This document shows positions 1 through 8,304 of a stretch of DNA of 64,000 bases, one piece after another. Both the position numbers and the translations under genes were made by a program. The notes beneath the pieces are model-generated. The model saw nothing but the letters and a program-made list of their open reading frames with translations. It searched no databases and was not told where the DNA came from. The DNA is from a virus, in the IMG/VR virus record IMGVR_UViG_3300043185_000099, positions 64,001 to 128,000 of that record; one strand, 5' to 3'. The first letter of the stretch is position 1. Each line of letters opens with the position of its first letter.

Positions 1-173
1 CCAGCGAATCCCCGGACGATCTCCGCCGCGTAGAAGGAGCGAGTCGGAGCTGACGTTTCGCGCGCAATGAGTTCATGCCAAGGCTGGCGGTCCTGCGTTG
101 TCGCGGCCTTGCTCTCGAACGCCTTACGCAAGCGTTCCAGTGTCTCCTTGTCCTTATCGGTGAAGTCAGCCAT
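1..173 (-). CDS. Hypothetical phage protein, N-terminal part (runs off the window)
   Basis: ATG at 173, 9 nt after the stop of the 1064-aa gene. Open to position 1: MADFTDKDKETLERLRKAFESKAATTQDRQPWHE... Confidence 0.65.
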   Translation of the reverse strand, partial: MADFTDKDKETLERLRKAFESKAATTQDRQPWHELIARETSAPTRSFYAAEIVRGFA

Positions 174-182
174 CGGACGATC

Positions 183-3100
183 TCAGGGGAACGGTGGGGG
201 TCCGAATGTCGGCGGCCCCAATCCGTTGCTGTGGCGCAGTACCGTGATACCAGTCAGCGCGCGCGGGGTGTCGCTTGTTGCTCCGGGGCCGCCTTGCGTG
301 AAGTTCAGGGCGGCCGCCTTGATTCGCACGCGCACAAGAACGGGGGCGACCCCAGGAGCAAGAGGCCCTGGGTTGGCGAACACGTTCGCGGCCGGCCCCA
401 CGTTCACCCGGACTTGGCAGAACACCGTGCCGGTGACGGGATCGCGGCCATCGAAGGTGTCGGGCCCTGGCACTTGGCACCCGGCTCCGTCCATCAGCGC
501 GTCCTGCTTAGACGGGCCCGCCCCGTCCAAGCGGCCGATGTCCATCCACGTGGTAAACCCGGGGATCTTGATCTCGATGGCGATGGACGCGGATCCCGGT
601 CCCGGAGGGAAGTATGCGAAGCTGGCGAGCTGGAGGCCGTCGATCTTGAGGCGCAGGAATGGCTGCCCAACAACACCCGGCTCGGGCGACGCATCGTTGA
701 CATAAGCGGCGTCGAGCACTCGCAGGTAAACGCGCTCGGGATCGACAATCACGGAGTAGTCAAACTGCGCGTTGGTGGTGTCGCCGTCGGCCACGGACGG
801 CCTGAACCCCGTCGTGTAGTCGATCTGCGGGTAGATCAACATCCCGCTGAACGGGCAGGGATTCTCCACCCCGTCCGTGGCCGGAGGACTGCGGTCCGGG
901 AGACCGGACACCTGGGCCTCGGTGATGACGTCAGCGGCGGAAGCCAGGTCGAGCAGGTGGAAGTCCTGGCGAAGATAGCTGGCATTGCCGAAGCCGATCA
1001 GAGGTTCAGACGCGAACCTGACGGGGAGAGGGATCTGCAGGGCGCCGAACGGCAGGCCGGGCCCGACGAGATTCCCCACGGCCCCGTTCCAGGTCGGGTC
1101 GATGTCGTCGAGCTTGCTGGCAGCAATCCTGTAGACCTCGTCGAGGAAGATCTCCTGGACATCCTTGCGCGCGTTCTCAAGGTTGGCGCGCGGCGGGAAG
1201 TCCCCAGGGTCAGTCGTTTTGAAGTTACCGTAGTCACCACCGCTGTCGAACGACGGCGAGTGAGACGTTGTGTGCAGCAGGATCTGGTCGAGACCCGGGT
1301 TGGGGAACAGGAAGGTCGTGAGAGCCGTGTCCGGCGTCTGGCCGCTGAGCGGATTCCTCGCGAACGCCCTGATCCTGGCGTCGAAGCTGAAGTGGCATCG
1401 GAGGTCGTCGCCAGCGAACCTAATGGGAGTGTCGGCGCCCGTGAGGACGATGTCCGCCGTGTCGGCGGCCTGCGGTCCCGCGGCGAGGTTCCACGGCCCG
1501 CTGACCGAGTCAAGATCCTCGTAGCCGAAGTCCACGCGCTGGTAGAAGGCCGTCCCCGTGTAGCCCGGTCCCAGCCCGTTGATGATGTTGGAGTCGGACG
1601 TGCCAGCTCCGAGGTAGAGGATGACGGGAGGCCGATGCCAGAGGCCGGGAGTAATCTCCGTCGAGATCCCGTCGTTCCCGAGCAGGTACGTGTTGTTCCA
1701 CAGGTTCGCCACGCTCAGCGAGATGTCGGAGATCTGCCAACTCGTTCCCACGCCGCTGCCGTTCGGCAGGAAGTACTGGACCCCGCTCACGAACATCACC
1801 TCGTCCACCTCGCGGTCGTAGGCGAAGGTCGAGGCGAGGTTGACCAGGGCGTCGACGGGTTCACCGAAGATCGCCGTCCTGTGAACGTGATACGCAGTCG
1901 AGGTCAGAGGCTCGAGGGGATCGGTCGTGTCGATCAGGTTATCCGTGCTCTCGGGGTTGGTGTAGTCGACCATCCCGGCGCTCCACAGCGGGTACCCGAA
2001 GAATGGATCGTCCGGCATGATCCCGTCGCGCGCAAACGCCTCGAAGTCGGCCTCTCGTCGGAAGTGCAACAGGATGTAGGAGCCGCCCTCTGGAGTGATC
2101 GCGAACTCGAACCTGTGCCGGAAGCGGGCGAGCTGGAACGTCCAGTAGTCGTCCGTGAAGTCGCCGTAGTCTCCGGCCTGCGTGAGGTCGACTCCGGGAT
2201 TCAGGGAAATGGCCGGCTTCGTGAAGTAACGGGGTCTCTCGACGGCGGGGGTGAACTCGATGCCGGTCGCAGAGGAGTAGTCGTCGAGGTAGGGCAGCCT
2301 GTAACGGAAAAAGTTGTTATCGTTGCCTCCGCCCGTGGCGATGGTCGTGCCGCCGAGGATCGGGATACCGCCCACGATGACGGGACCAGCGGCCGGGTCC
2401 GTGCCCAGTCGGACCTGCCCCGCCGACGGACTGGGGCCAGGAGGGATAGGGGCACCCGTCTGAGAGTTCACCCCGGCGTGGACCTCGACGAGATCGAACT
2501 GTCCGGTGGCTCTGCCCGGGAAGGCGAACACGTCCGGGTCTCCCTCGTCGAAGATCCCTCCAGGAGCACCGTCGCAGTCTCCTCCGATCCCCTGCCCGCA
2601 GAGGATAGCCGCGACGACCCTGGTCCCGAGCGGCTGTGCCAGGAAGGCGACGACATCACCGCCAGCCGGCCAGCGGAAGAGCGCGATGACGCCTCTGTCG
2701 GCGGGGAACACCGCGCCAGACACGACGACAGCCAGATCTCCGGGAGGGATGACCATCGACCGCGCCGTCTCGATGACGGGTGTCACCCGAGTGAAGCCGC
2801 CCTGATGCGTCGTCCCGTCTCCGCCTCCGCTGTAAACCACGTTGGCCACGTTGAATGTCGGGTCCGTGGCAGGGTCGTTGCCTGGCGGCTGGAAGACATT
2901 GCCAGGAGGATTGTCCGAGAGCAGCGTCGAGAACACGTTCTGCGCCTCAAAAGGCGGCCACCACCACTCGCGATACACGAAGAAGTCGTTCGTCGGCTGC
3001 GTCGGATCGGGAGGCGTGACCTGGCCCCGTTCTACGAACCCCGCATCGCGGAGCTTGAAGATCCCCCAGTCAGGGATGCCTGACAGAGGGAATGTCAGGA

Positions 3101-3377
3101 TCATCTTGAAGTTGCCCAGCGTCGCCGGACGCGGGGGAACAAGGGCTGACAGCTCGTCCAGGTTCTCCTGGACGTCGTCGCCGAAGTAGATGCCACCGGA
3201 TCCCGTCGTCGAGATCGCCGAGGCCGGGTGGGCTCCCTGCGGGTCGTTGAGATGCGCCTCAAGCCCGTGGTTCTGTCCCTCGATCACCTCGTCCATGAAC
3301 GCGTTCGCGTCCACGGAGTTCTGGTTGGCCATTCCAGAACCCTTCTTGATCAACGCGGGATCTACGATGCGAGGCAC
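183..3377 (-). CDS. Large virion structural protein (baseplate/fibre-associated), 1064 aa
   Basis: High-GC3 ORF in the structural operon. The N-terminal HLNDPQGAHPASAIS...DDVQENLDEL motif resembles segments of phage fibre proteins. G/P/D-rich, beta-type composition. Confidence 0.7.
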   Translation of the reverse strand: MPRIVDPALIKKGSGMANQNSVDANAFMDEVIEGQNHGLEAHLNDPQGAHPASAISTTGSGGIYFGDDVQENLDELSALVPPRPATLGNFKMILTFPLSGIPDWGIFKLRDAGFVERGQVTPPDPTQPTNDFFVYREWWWPPFEAQNVFSTLLSDNPPGNVFQPPGNDPATDPTFNVANVVYSGGGDGTTHQGGFTRVTPVIETARSMVIPPGDLAVVVSGAVFPADRGVIALFRWPAGGDVVAFLAQPLGTRVVAAILCGQGIGGDCDGAPGGIFDEGDPDVFAFPGRATGQFDLVEVHAGVNSQTGAPIPPGPSPSAGQVRLGTDPAAGPVIVGGIPILGGTTIATGGGNDNNFFRYRLPYLDDYSSATGIEFTPAVERPRYFTKPAISLNPGVDLTQAGDYGDFTDDYWTFQLARFRHRFEFAITPEGGSYILLHFRREADFEAFARDGIMPDDPFFGYPLWSAGMVDYTNPESTDNLIDTTDPLEPLTSTAYHVHRTAIFGEPVDALVNLASTFAYDREVDEVMFVSGVQYFLPNGSGVGTSWQISDISLSVANLWNNTYLLGNDGISTEITPGLWHRPPVILYLGAGTSDSNIINGLGPGYTGTAFYQRVDFGYEDLDSVSGPWNLAAGPQAADTADIVLTGADTPIRFAGDDLRCHFSFDARIRAFARNPLSGQTPDTALTTFLFPNPGLDQILLHTTSHSPSFDSGGDYGNFKTTDPGDFPPRANLENARKDVQEIFLDEVYRIAASKLDDIDPTWNGAVGNLVGPGLPFGALQIPLPVRFASEPLIGFGNASYLRQDFHLLDLASAADVITEAQVSGLPDRSPPATDGVENPCPFSGMLIYPQIDYTTGFRPSVADGDTTNAQFDYSVIVDPERVYLRVLDAAYVNDASPEPGVVGQPFLRLKIDGLQLASFAYFPPGPGSASIAIEIKIPGFTTWMDIGRLDGAGPSKQDALMDGAGCQVPGPDTFDGRDPVTGTVFCQVRVNVGPAANVFANPGPLAPGVAPVLVRVRIKAAALNFTQGGPGATSDTPRALTGITVLRHSNGLGPPTFGPPPFP

Positions 3378-3379
3378 AG

Positions 3380-6300
3380 CTACTCCTGGTTCCCCGCCGT
3401 CATAAGGAGGTTCTTGGTGCGGTAGACGCCGACACCGGTCGTGCTGCCTGCATCAACGAACTCGACCGTATTGAAGGGGTCGAGACGCGCCCACCTGGTG
3501 ATCACGAGCAGGAGGACCTCGTCCTTGCGGAACAGGAGGCTGTCCTGCATCGACCTGGCGAGCACCGGGACAAACACCTTGTGGCGGACCACATTGGACA
3601 TCCCCTGCGCCATTGCCGTGGGACGATATTCCGACCTATTGATGATCGGGTAAACGGCGCGGAACTCGGAGTCCTTGAAGGGAGCGTCCGTGATCGGCGT
3701 GCCTCCAACCGTCCACTGGGTGCTGCCCTCGGCCGGAACAAGCTGGTGCAGGCACAGCGTGCCAACCTCCGCATCGAAGTCGTCGATCGAGATGTTGGCG
3801 GTAGCGGCGAAGTAGTGCTCTCCCGGGAACAGATCGCCAGGCGGAGGAGGAGGGATCTCTGTCTGGCCGTCGTTTACGGGAAGCTGGTCGAGGGGCACGA
3901 AGTGCGGGAACGCCAGCTCAACGCTCCCAGTGCCTCTCTGGCCGGTCCACACAACCTCGCCGATGTAGAGAGGCTCCACCACCAAGGTCGCTGGCATCGG
4001 CCCCAGGGCTCCCGGATACGGGAAGTCCTGGACCGTCGTGCTGATCGTCCCCTCCTTCACACCGGCCGTCTGCGGGGCGTTCGTGCGGAAGTAGATCGTC
4101 TGCTGGTAGCCTCCTCCAGCCGGCCCAAAGTTCGGGATCGCGTCCTGCGCGAAGTAGCGTACCTCGACGAGAGTCTGGCCCGCCCCAGAGAGTGGCACGG
4201 CTGGCGCGATGCCCGTGTTGTTGAGCACCACAAGCCGCGTGCTCGCGCCATAGTGGCTGTTCGGATCGTCTGTGTCACGAGGGTTGGTGTCGTTGAGGTC
4301 CGTGACGAGGACCGAGGTCATGGAGTCGCCCCAGAATCGACGCGGGAGCACGATGTTGAGGGGATCGCGGCTGACGAGAGTCTCGGGCGTCAGCGTGCCG
4401 ATTGGGATGCCCACGTTGCCTCCGCCGCCCGTAGGGTCGTTGGCGACGTACTCGACCATCACCTCTCGGTAACCCTGCCGGAACCCGGGAGTGAGTCGGT
4501 CCTGCATGTCGAACGGGCGCTGGTCCGGACCAGTCGGGATCCAGTTCTCCAGCATCGGACCGTACGGCCAGGGACTCGGATCGGGCACGACCTCGTGGTT
4601 CGGGGTGTCGGTAGTGCCGACGCCGATCGGATAGCTGATCTCCAGCTCCACGAAGATCCTGCGCTGCGATCCAACGTCTCCGCTCACCAAGGTCCCGACC
4701 ATGTCGTGGTCGGCGACGGGAAGACCCCCGTCCACCTGCGTGGGATTCTGGTCGAGGGTGATCTGTACGTGGGACGTCCCAAGCCCGAGGATCGTCGTGG
4801 GTTTGGCTGTCTGGTCCACGATCACGTCGAAGTTGCCGTCGTCGTGGAAGATCGACAACACGTCCGTCACGATCGTCCCTGGTGGGGCGAAGTCAAGCAC
4901 GGTGGCCAGCGGAGGCGCGGCTACGTAGGACGTCACATTCGTCGGATCGAAGTCGCCGAGAGTGCTCGCGTTGAGAGCCAGGAGATCGATGTTGATCTCG
5001 TCGCCCTCGGCCCACCCGAGGAACGCCGCGGCGTATCCTGGGCGGACAACATACTTGCCCGGGAACGTCCCCTGATCGTCCGTGGGACGGATCTCGAGCA
5101 CGACACGCTCGACGACCGGCTGATCTCCGAAGCGCCTGGCGAAGTGGTCGAAGTTGCGGATCAGGACGCCGCGGGTCGTCGTGTTTGACAGTGGGGGAAC
5201 GCCTCCCTTGGCGGCCTCGCGTCCCACCTCGTTGGCGATCATGTTCCGCGTGGACACATCTCCCGATCCATTGCCGAGCTGCTGCTTCGACGCGGTATCG
5301 ATGGCCCACGTGCGGTATTCCCCATCCTGGAGCGCCTGCATCTGGAACTGGAGTTCGGCGGCGAGATCCTGCCCCGTGAACTTCACGTGGCGACGCAGAT
5401 CGAGGACGTCGGTGTCGACGATCGCGTCAGCGAAGTACCCGTCGGGACGGTCCGACTCGCCGACGGCCACTGCGGAGTTGATGAGGAACGAGTTGACATG
5501 CGCGGCGTGGTTGTAGACGAGGGCACCGTTCGTGTTGTTGACCGGGTCGAACCCGACCCCGGCCGTGTTATCGTTTCGGCGAAAGACGAAGGCCAAGGGG
5601 ACGGCGTAGACGTAGCCATCGAGCGTGCCGAGCGCGGTGGCGCTCGCTGACGTGCCATTGCCCGCGATCCACAGGCCATTGTCGAGGATACCGTAGCCGA
5701 TGCCGGTCCCGGCCACGCCGTCGCGGGCGTCGGAGTTCATCACCACGGACTTGAGGTCCGCTGGCACGAACGGATAGGTGGCGACGGGGGCAATTTGAGA
5801 TCCCTGCGCGAGGATGTTGGGGTTGGAGAAGCCATCGCACTGGAGCTTAAAGTCGACGCCTTCAGGCTGGCCTGTGTGTCTGATCCTGTACTGGACCTGG
5901 ACGCGCTTGGTCGTCTCTGCACCCACTGCAGGGTCCTCGATATCATCAGGAAGGGCGACAGCGGCAGAAGACAACACGTTTCCATGTCGGTAGATCGAGT
6001 CCTGCGTCGGCTTGTTCGGAGTGTCGACTCCGCCAGTCAGGAACCCACCCGAGGCCAGGATACCTGCTGGATTGCTGCTGCCCAGCGTGATGACGTTCCC
6101 GATCACGCCGCCTGCATTCGCCCGGATCTGGACGATGTTGGCGTTAGCCGTCGCCGTGACCGTGAGCACGGAGGCGTTGACTTGCGTGGCGATGCTGGCC
6201 GCGGTGTTCACGGCAGATCCAGGGAAGATGCGGAACTGATTCGCCGCAGGGGCGACGAGCACGCCAGTGAACACGTTGCCGTCGACCGTGATCGTGTCTC

Positions 6301-6823
6301 CGACCACCGCCGTGACCGGATCGCTGACCTTGAGGGTGCCAGTGGCGTGTGGGCTCTCGCTCACGACCGCGAGCCAGACCTCCAAGAACACGAAGTCCGT
6401 GCGCTTGATGTCCAAAGGCGGCGCTGGAGGGGTGGGGGCGTCGAGAATGATGAGGTTGTCGCCCTTCGTGTCCGTGTTCGTGTACTCGATGTCCAGGAGC
6501 ATCCCTGCCACGAGCGCTTGCACCTTCTGCATGTGGAAGGCGTTCGCGACAAAGTCGGGGTTGAGCACCGGGCCAGGAAGCCAAGGGTCGTCGTAGGAGA
6601 ACTCCTGGTACGCGTCCCCGCGCGACTGACCCCTGACCCACCCAGATGGGACGGCTCTGGCGAGCTGTCGAGACCGGTCGAGGTCCTGGAGATCCTGGTG
6701 GAGGATCAGCTCGGCGTCGAGGACGAGCTTGCCCTTGCCCTCCACGACGAGGTTCCACGACCTCTCGTTCGGATCCAGGTACCTCGAGACCGAGGCGGGG
6801 AAGTAGTAGTTGCGGATCGGCAT
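3380..6823 (-). CDS. Large virion structural / tail-fibre-attachment protein, 1147 aa
   Basis: The N-terminus (YLDPNERSWNLVVEGKGKLVLDAELILHQDLQ) resembles the conserved N-terminal module of baseplate-distal fibre proteins of large phages and contractile injection systems. Also RTDFVFLEVW and ETTKRVQVQYRIR motifs. Confidence 0.7.
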   Translation of the reverse strand: MPIRNYYFPASVSRYLDPNERSWNLVVEGKGKLVLDAELILHQDLQDLDRSRQLARAVPSGWVRGQSRGDAYQEFSYDDPWLPGPVLNPDFVANAFHMQKVQALVAGMLLDIEYTNTDTKGDNLIILDAPTPPAPPLDIKRTDFVFLEVWLAVVSESPHATGTLKVSDPVTAVVGDTITVDGNVFTGVLVAPAANQFRIFPGSAVNTAASIATQVNASVLTVTATANANIVQIRANAGGVIGNVITLGSSNPAGILASGGFLTGGVDTPNKPTQDSIYRHGNVLSSAAVALPDDIEDPAVGAETTKRVQVQYRIRHTGQPEGVDFKLQCDGFSNPNILAQGSQIAPVATYPFVPADLKSVVMNSDARDGVAGTGIGYGILDNGLWIAGNGTSASATALGTLDGYVYAVPLAFVFRRNDNTAGVGFDPVNNTNGALVYNHAAHVNSFLINSAVAVGESDRPDGYFADAIVDTDVLDLRRHVKFTGQDLAAELQFQMQALQDGEYRTWAIDTASKQQLGNGSGDVSTRNMIANEVGREAAKGGVPPLSNTTTRGVLIRNFDHFARRFGDQPVVERVVLEIRPTDDQGTFPGKYVVRPGYAAAFLGWAEGDEINIDLLALNASTLGDFDPTNVTSYVAAPPLATVLDFAPPGTIVTDVLSIFHDDGNFDVIVDQTAKPTTILGLGTSHVQITLDQNPTQVDGGLPVADHDMVGTLVSGDVGSQRRIFVELEISYPIGVGTTDTPNHEVVPDPSPWPYGPMLENWIPTGPDQRPFDMQDRLTPGFRQGYREVMVEYVANDPTGGGGNVGIPIGTLTPETLVSRDPLNIVLPRRFWGDSMTSVLVTDLNDTNPRDTDDPNSHYGASTRLVVLNNTGIAPAVPLSGAGQTLVEVRYFAQDAIPNFGPAGGGYQQTIYFRTNAPQTAGVKEGTISTTVQDFPYPGALGPMPATLVVEPLYIGEVVWTGQRGTGSVELAFPHFVPLDQLPVNDGQTEIPPPPPGDLFPGEHYFAATANISIDDFDAEVGTLCLHQLVPAEGSTQWTVGGTPITDAPFKDSEFRAVYPIINRSEYRPTAMAQGMSNVVRHKVFVPVLARSMQDSLLFRKDEVLLLVITRWARLDPFNTVEFVDAGSTTGVGVYRTKNLLMTAGNQE

Positions 6824-7608
6824 CAGGCCGCCCTCCGCATGCTGAGAACCGAACGCTCGCGATGGCAGTTGGCGCAGACGATTTCACACTTGGCGATCTC
6901 GGCCAGAACCTTACCCCGACCCCAGGACCACATCTGTGTGATGCCAGAGATCTTGACGCCGCGGACATGGTCGAAGTCCATGGCCTCCGGCGCGAACTTG
7001 CGGTGACAGTCCAGACACGGCTTGTCCTTGATCCCATTGAGCCAGTCACGGAACGCGATGAGTTTTGGGGTCTGGGGCTGTGCCCGCCTGGCGTGGCTTC
7101 GGATCCGATGACAGACGCAGCAAACCAGCTCGCACTTGGCGATCTCCTCCAGCACACGTTCCCGGCTATGGTTCGCCATCTTGCCGATGCTGTGACGCTT
7201 CTTGCCGCGGACGTGGTCGAACTCCATGACGTAGGGCGCGAAGATGCGATGGCAGTCTAGGCAGGGCTTGCCGTGCTTGATTTCGTCGACGAAAGCCCGA
7301 TGCGCGGCGCCCTTGTCGGCGTAGTAGGTGAGCATCTTGTCGCGATTGTCTTCGGCCCATTTCTGTCGAGCGGGTTCGTACGCATCCCTCTTGGTGCGCC
7401 ATCGGTCTTTTGCCAGCGATGCGAAGTACTCCTTGTTCGCCTCGGCGTATGCTCTTCGTTTTTTCTGCTGTGCTGGCGTGCGGGCGAATTCCCGCGCTGT
7501 CCTTCGCGAGCAGTCGCGGCAGTAGAACGCAAGGCCGTCCTTCCGGCGCTTGTTCTTGCCGAACTCGGAGGCGTCTTTCTCGACGCCGCATGATGGACAG
7601 GTCTTCAT
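6823..7608 (-). CDS. Free-standing HNH homing endonuclease with an N-terminal Zn finger and two tandem HNH domains, 261 aa
   Basis: KTCPSC...FYCRDC zinc finger, then two copies of PCLDC...(E/D)FDHVRG.K...EIAKCE.VC..CH. Very basic, unlike its acidic structural neighbours. Its stop overlaps the next ATG (TGATG). Confidence 0.88.
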   Translation of the reverse strand: MKTCPSCGVEKDASEFGKNKRRKDGLAFYCRDCSRRTAREFARTPAQQKKRRAYAEANKEYFASLAKDRWRTKRDAYEPARQKWAEDNRDKMLTYYADKGAAHRAFVDEIKHGKPCLDCHRIFAPYVMEFDHVRGKKRHSIGKMANHSRERVLEEIAKCELVCCVCHRIRSHARRAQPQTPKLIAFRDWLNGIKDKPCLDCHRKFAPEAMDFDHVRGVKISGITQMWSWGRGKVLAEIAKCEIVCANCHRERSVLSMRRAA

Positions 7609-7614
7609 CGGTCG

Positions 7615-8262
7615 TCAAAACGAAATCCGCCACGTCACCGTAAGGATCGAAGTGGCGGGCTTGGAAATTACGGAAAATGTCAAAAAATTGCACAACAAGT
7701 CATAGTTCGTGACGTCGACCGTCGGGTCGTACGGTTGCCCTCCCTGTCCCGCGAAGTTCGGGTTGTCGTTCTTGACTGCCGTGTTGTCGGAGATCGTGGA
7801 GAGGAGGCCCATCTCGTTGAGTGGACCAACAGCCTCTGACTCGCCGAAGATAGTCGTGTAGTCGACGACGTTCGTCGGGATGGCGACGGCGGCCCCATTG
7901 GCGTCACGGAATGTCGTCTCCGAGAATGGCTTGCGCGCGATCTCGTTGTTCAGCCGCCTCTGCTCGGCTGAGGGTGCGTCGGGGTTCAGGAGCGCTCCGA
8001 GAGCACCTGTCCCGACGGCGAGCATGTTGAGGCCGTGCTTGGGCTCCTGATTGTCCTTGCAGAGTCTCGCGACGAGGAGGCTGGCGTCGAGCGTGACGAC
8101 GTTGTCGATCTCGCGCTGGTCCTGGACCGCGCCTGTTCTCGCGTCGCGCAGCTCAAGGAGTACCCTGCCTTTCGGGTGCGTGAGCGGTTCGCCGAAGCGG
8201 AACCCCATCCCGAGCTTGAAGCCGGTCTTGGCCCGGCTCACGGTTTCACGGACGATGGGCAT
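7615..8262 (-). CDS. Tail-collar/fibre-base-like protein, 215 aa
   Basis: Pattern N.V...LAVGTG...L.NEI.RK...F.ESEA.G.L.E.GL...F..I.K...LTVTWRISF, typical of phage tail-collar/fibre N-terminal domains. Confidence 0.7.
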   Translation of the reverse strand: MPIVRETVSRAKTGFKLGMGFRFGEPLTHPKGRVLLELRDARTGAVQDQREIDNVVTLDASLLVARLCKDNQEPKHGLNMLAVGTGALGALLNPDAPSAEQRRLNNEIARKPFSETTFRDANGAAVAIPTNVVDYTTIFGESEAVGPLNEMGLLSTISDNTAVKNDNPNFAGQGGQPYDPTVDVTNYDLLCNFLTFSVISKPATSILTVTWRISF

Positions 8263-8288
8263 GGGAACTCCCTGGTAGCTCTCTCGCG

Positions 8289-8303
8289 ATAGGACGAAAA
8301 CCG
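8289..8303 (-). promoter_or_regulatory. Candidate phage late-promoter motif CGGT-N7-CTAT
   Basis: Minus strand CGGT TTTCGTC CTAT in the gap upstream of the 215-aa gene. The same motif recurs in other intergenic gaps. Confidence 0.55.
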
Positions 8304-8304
8304 C

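Noticed and set aside
75-3083. 1002-aa plus-strand ORF, and the many other long plus-strand ORFs (e.g. 3581-5188, 28589-29893, 59635-61221)
   Set aside because: Antisense shadows of high-GC3 minus-strand genes. They are R/G/V/D-biased, carry no motifs and are fully overlapped by credible CDSs.
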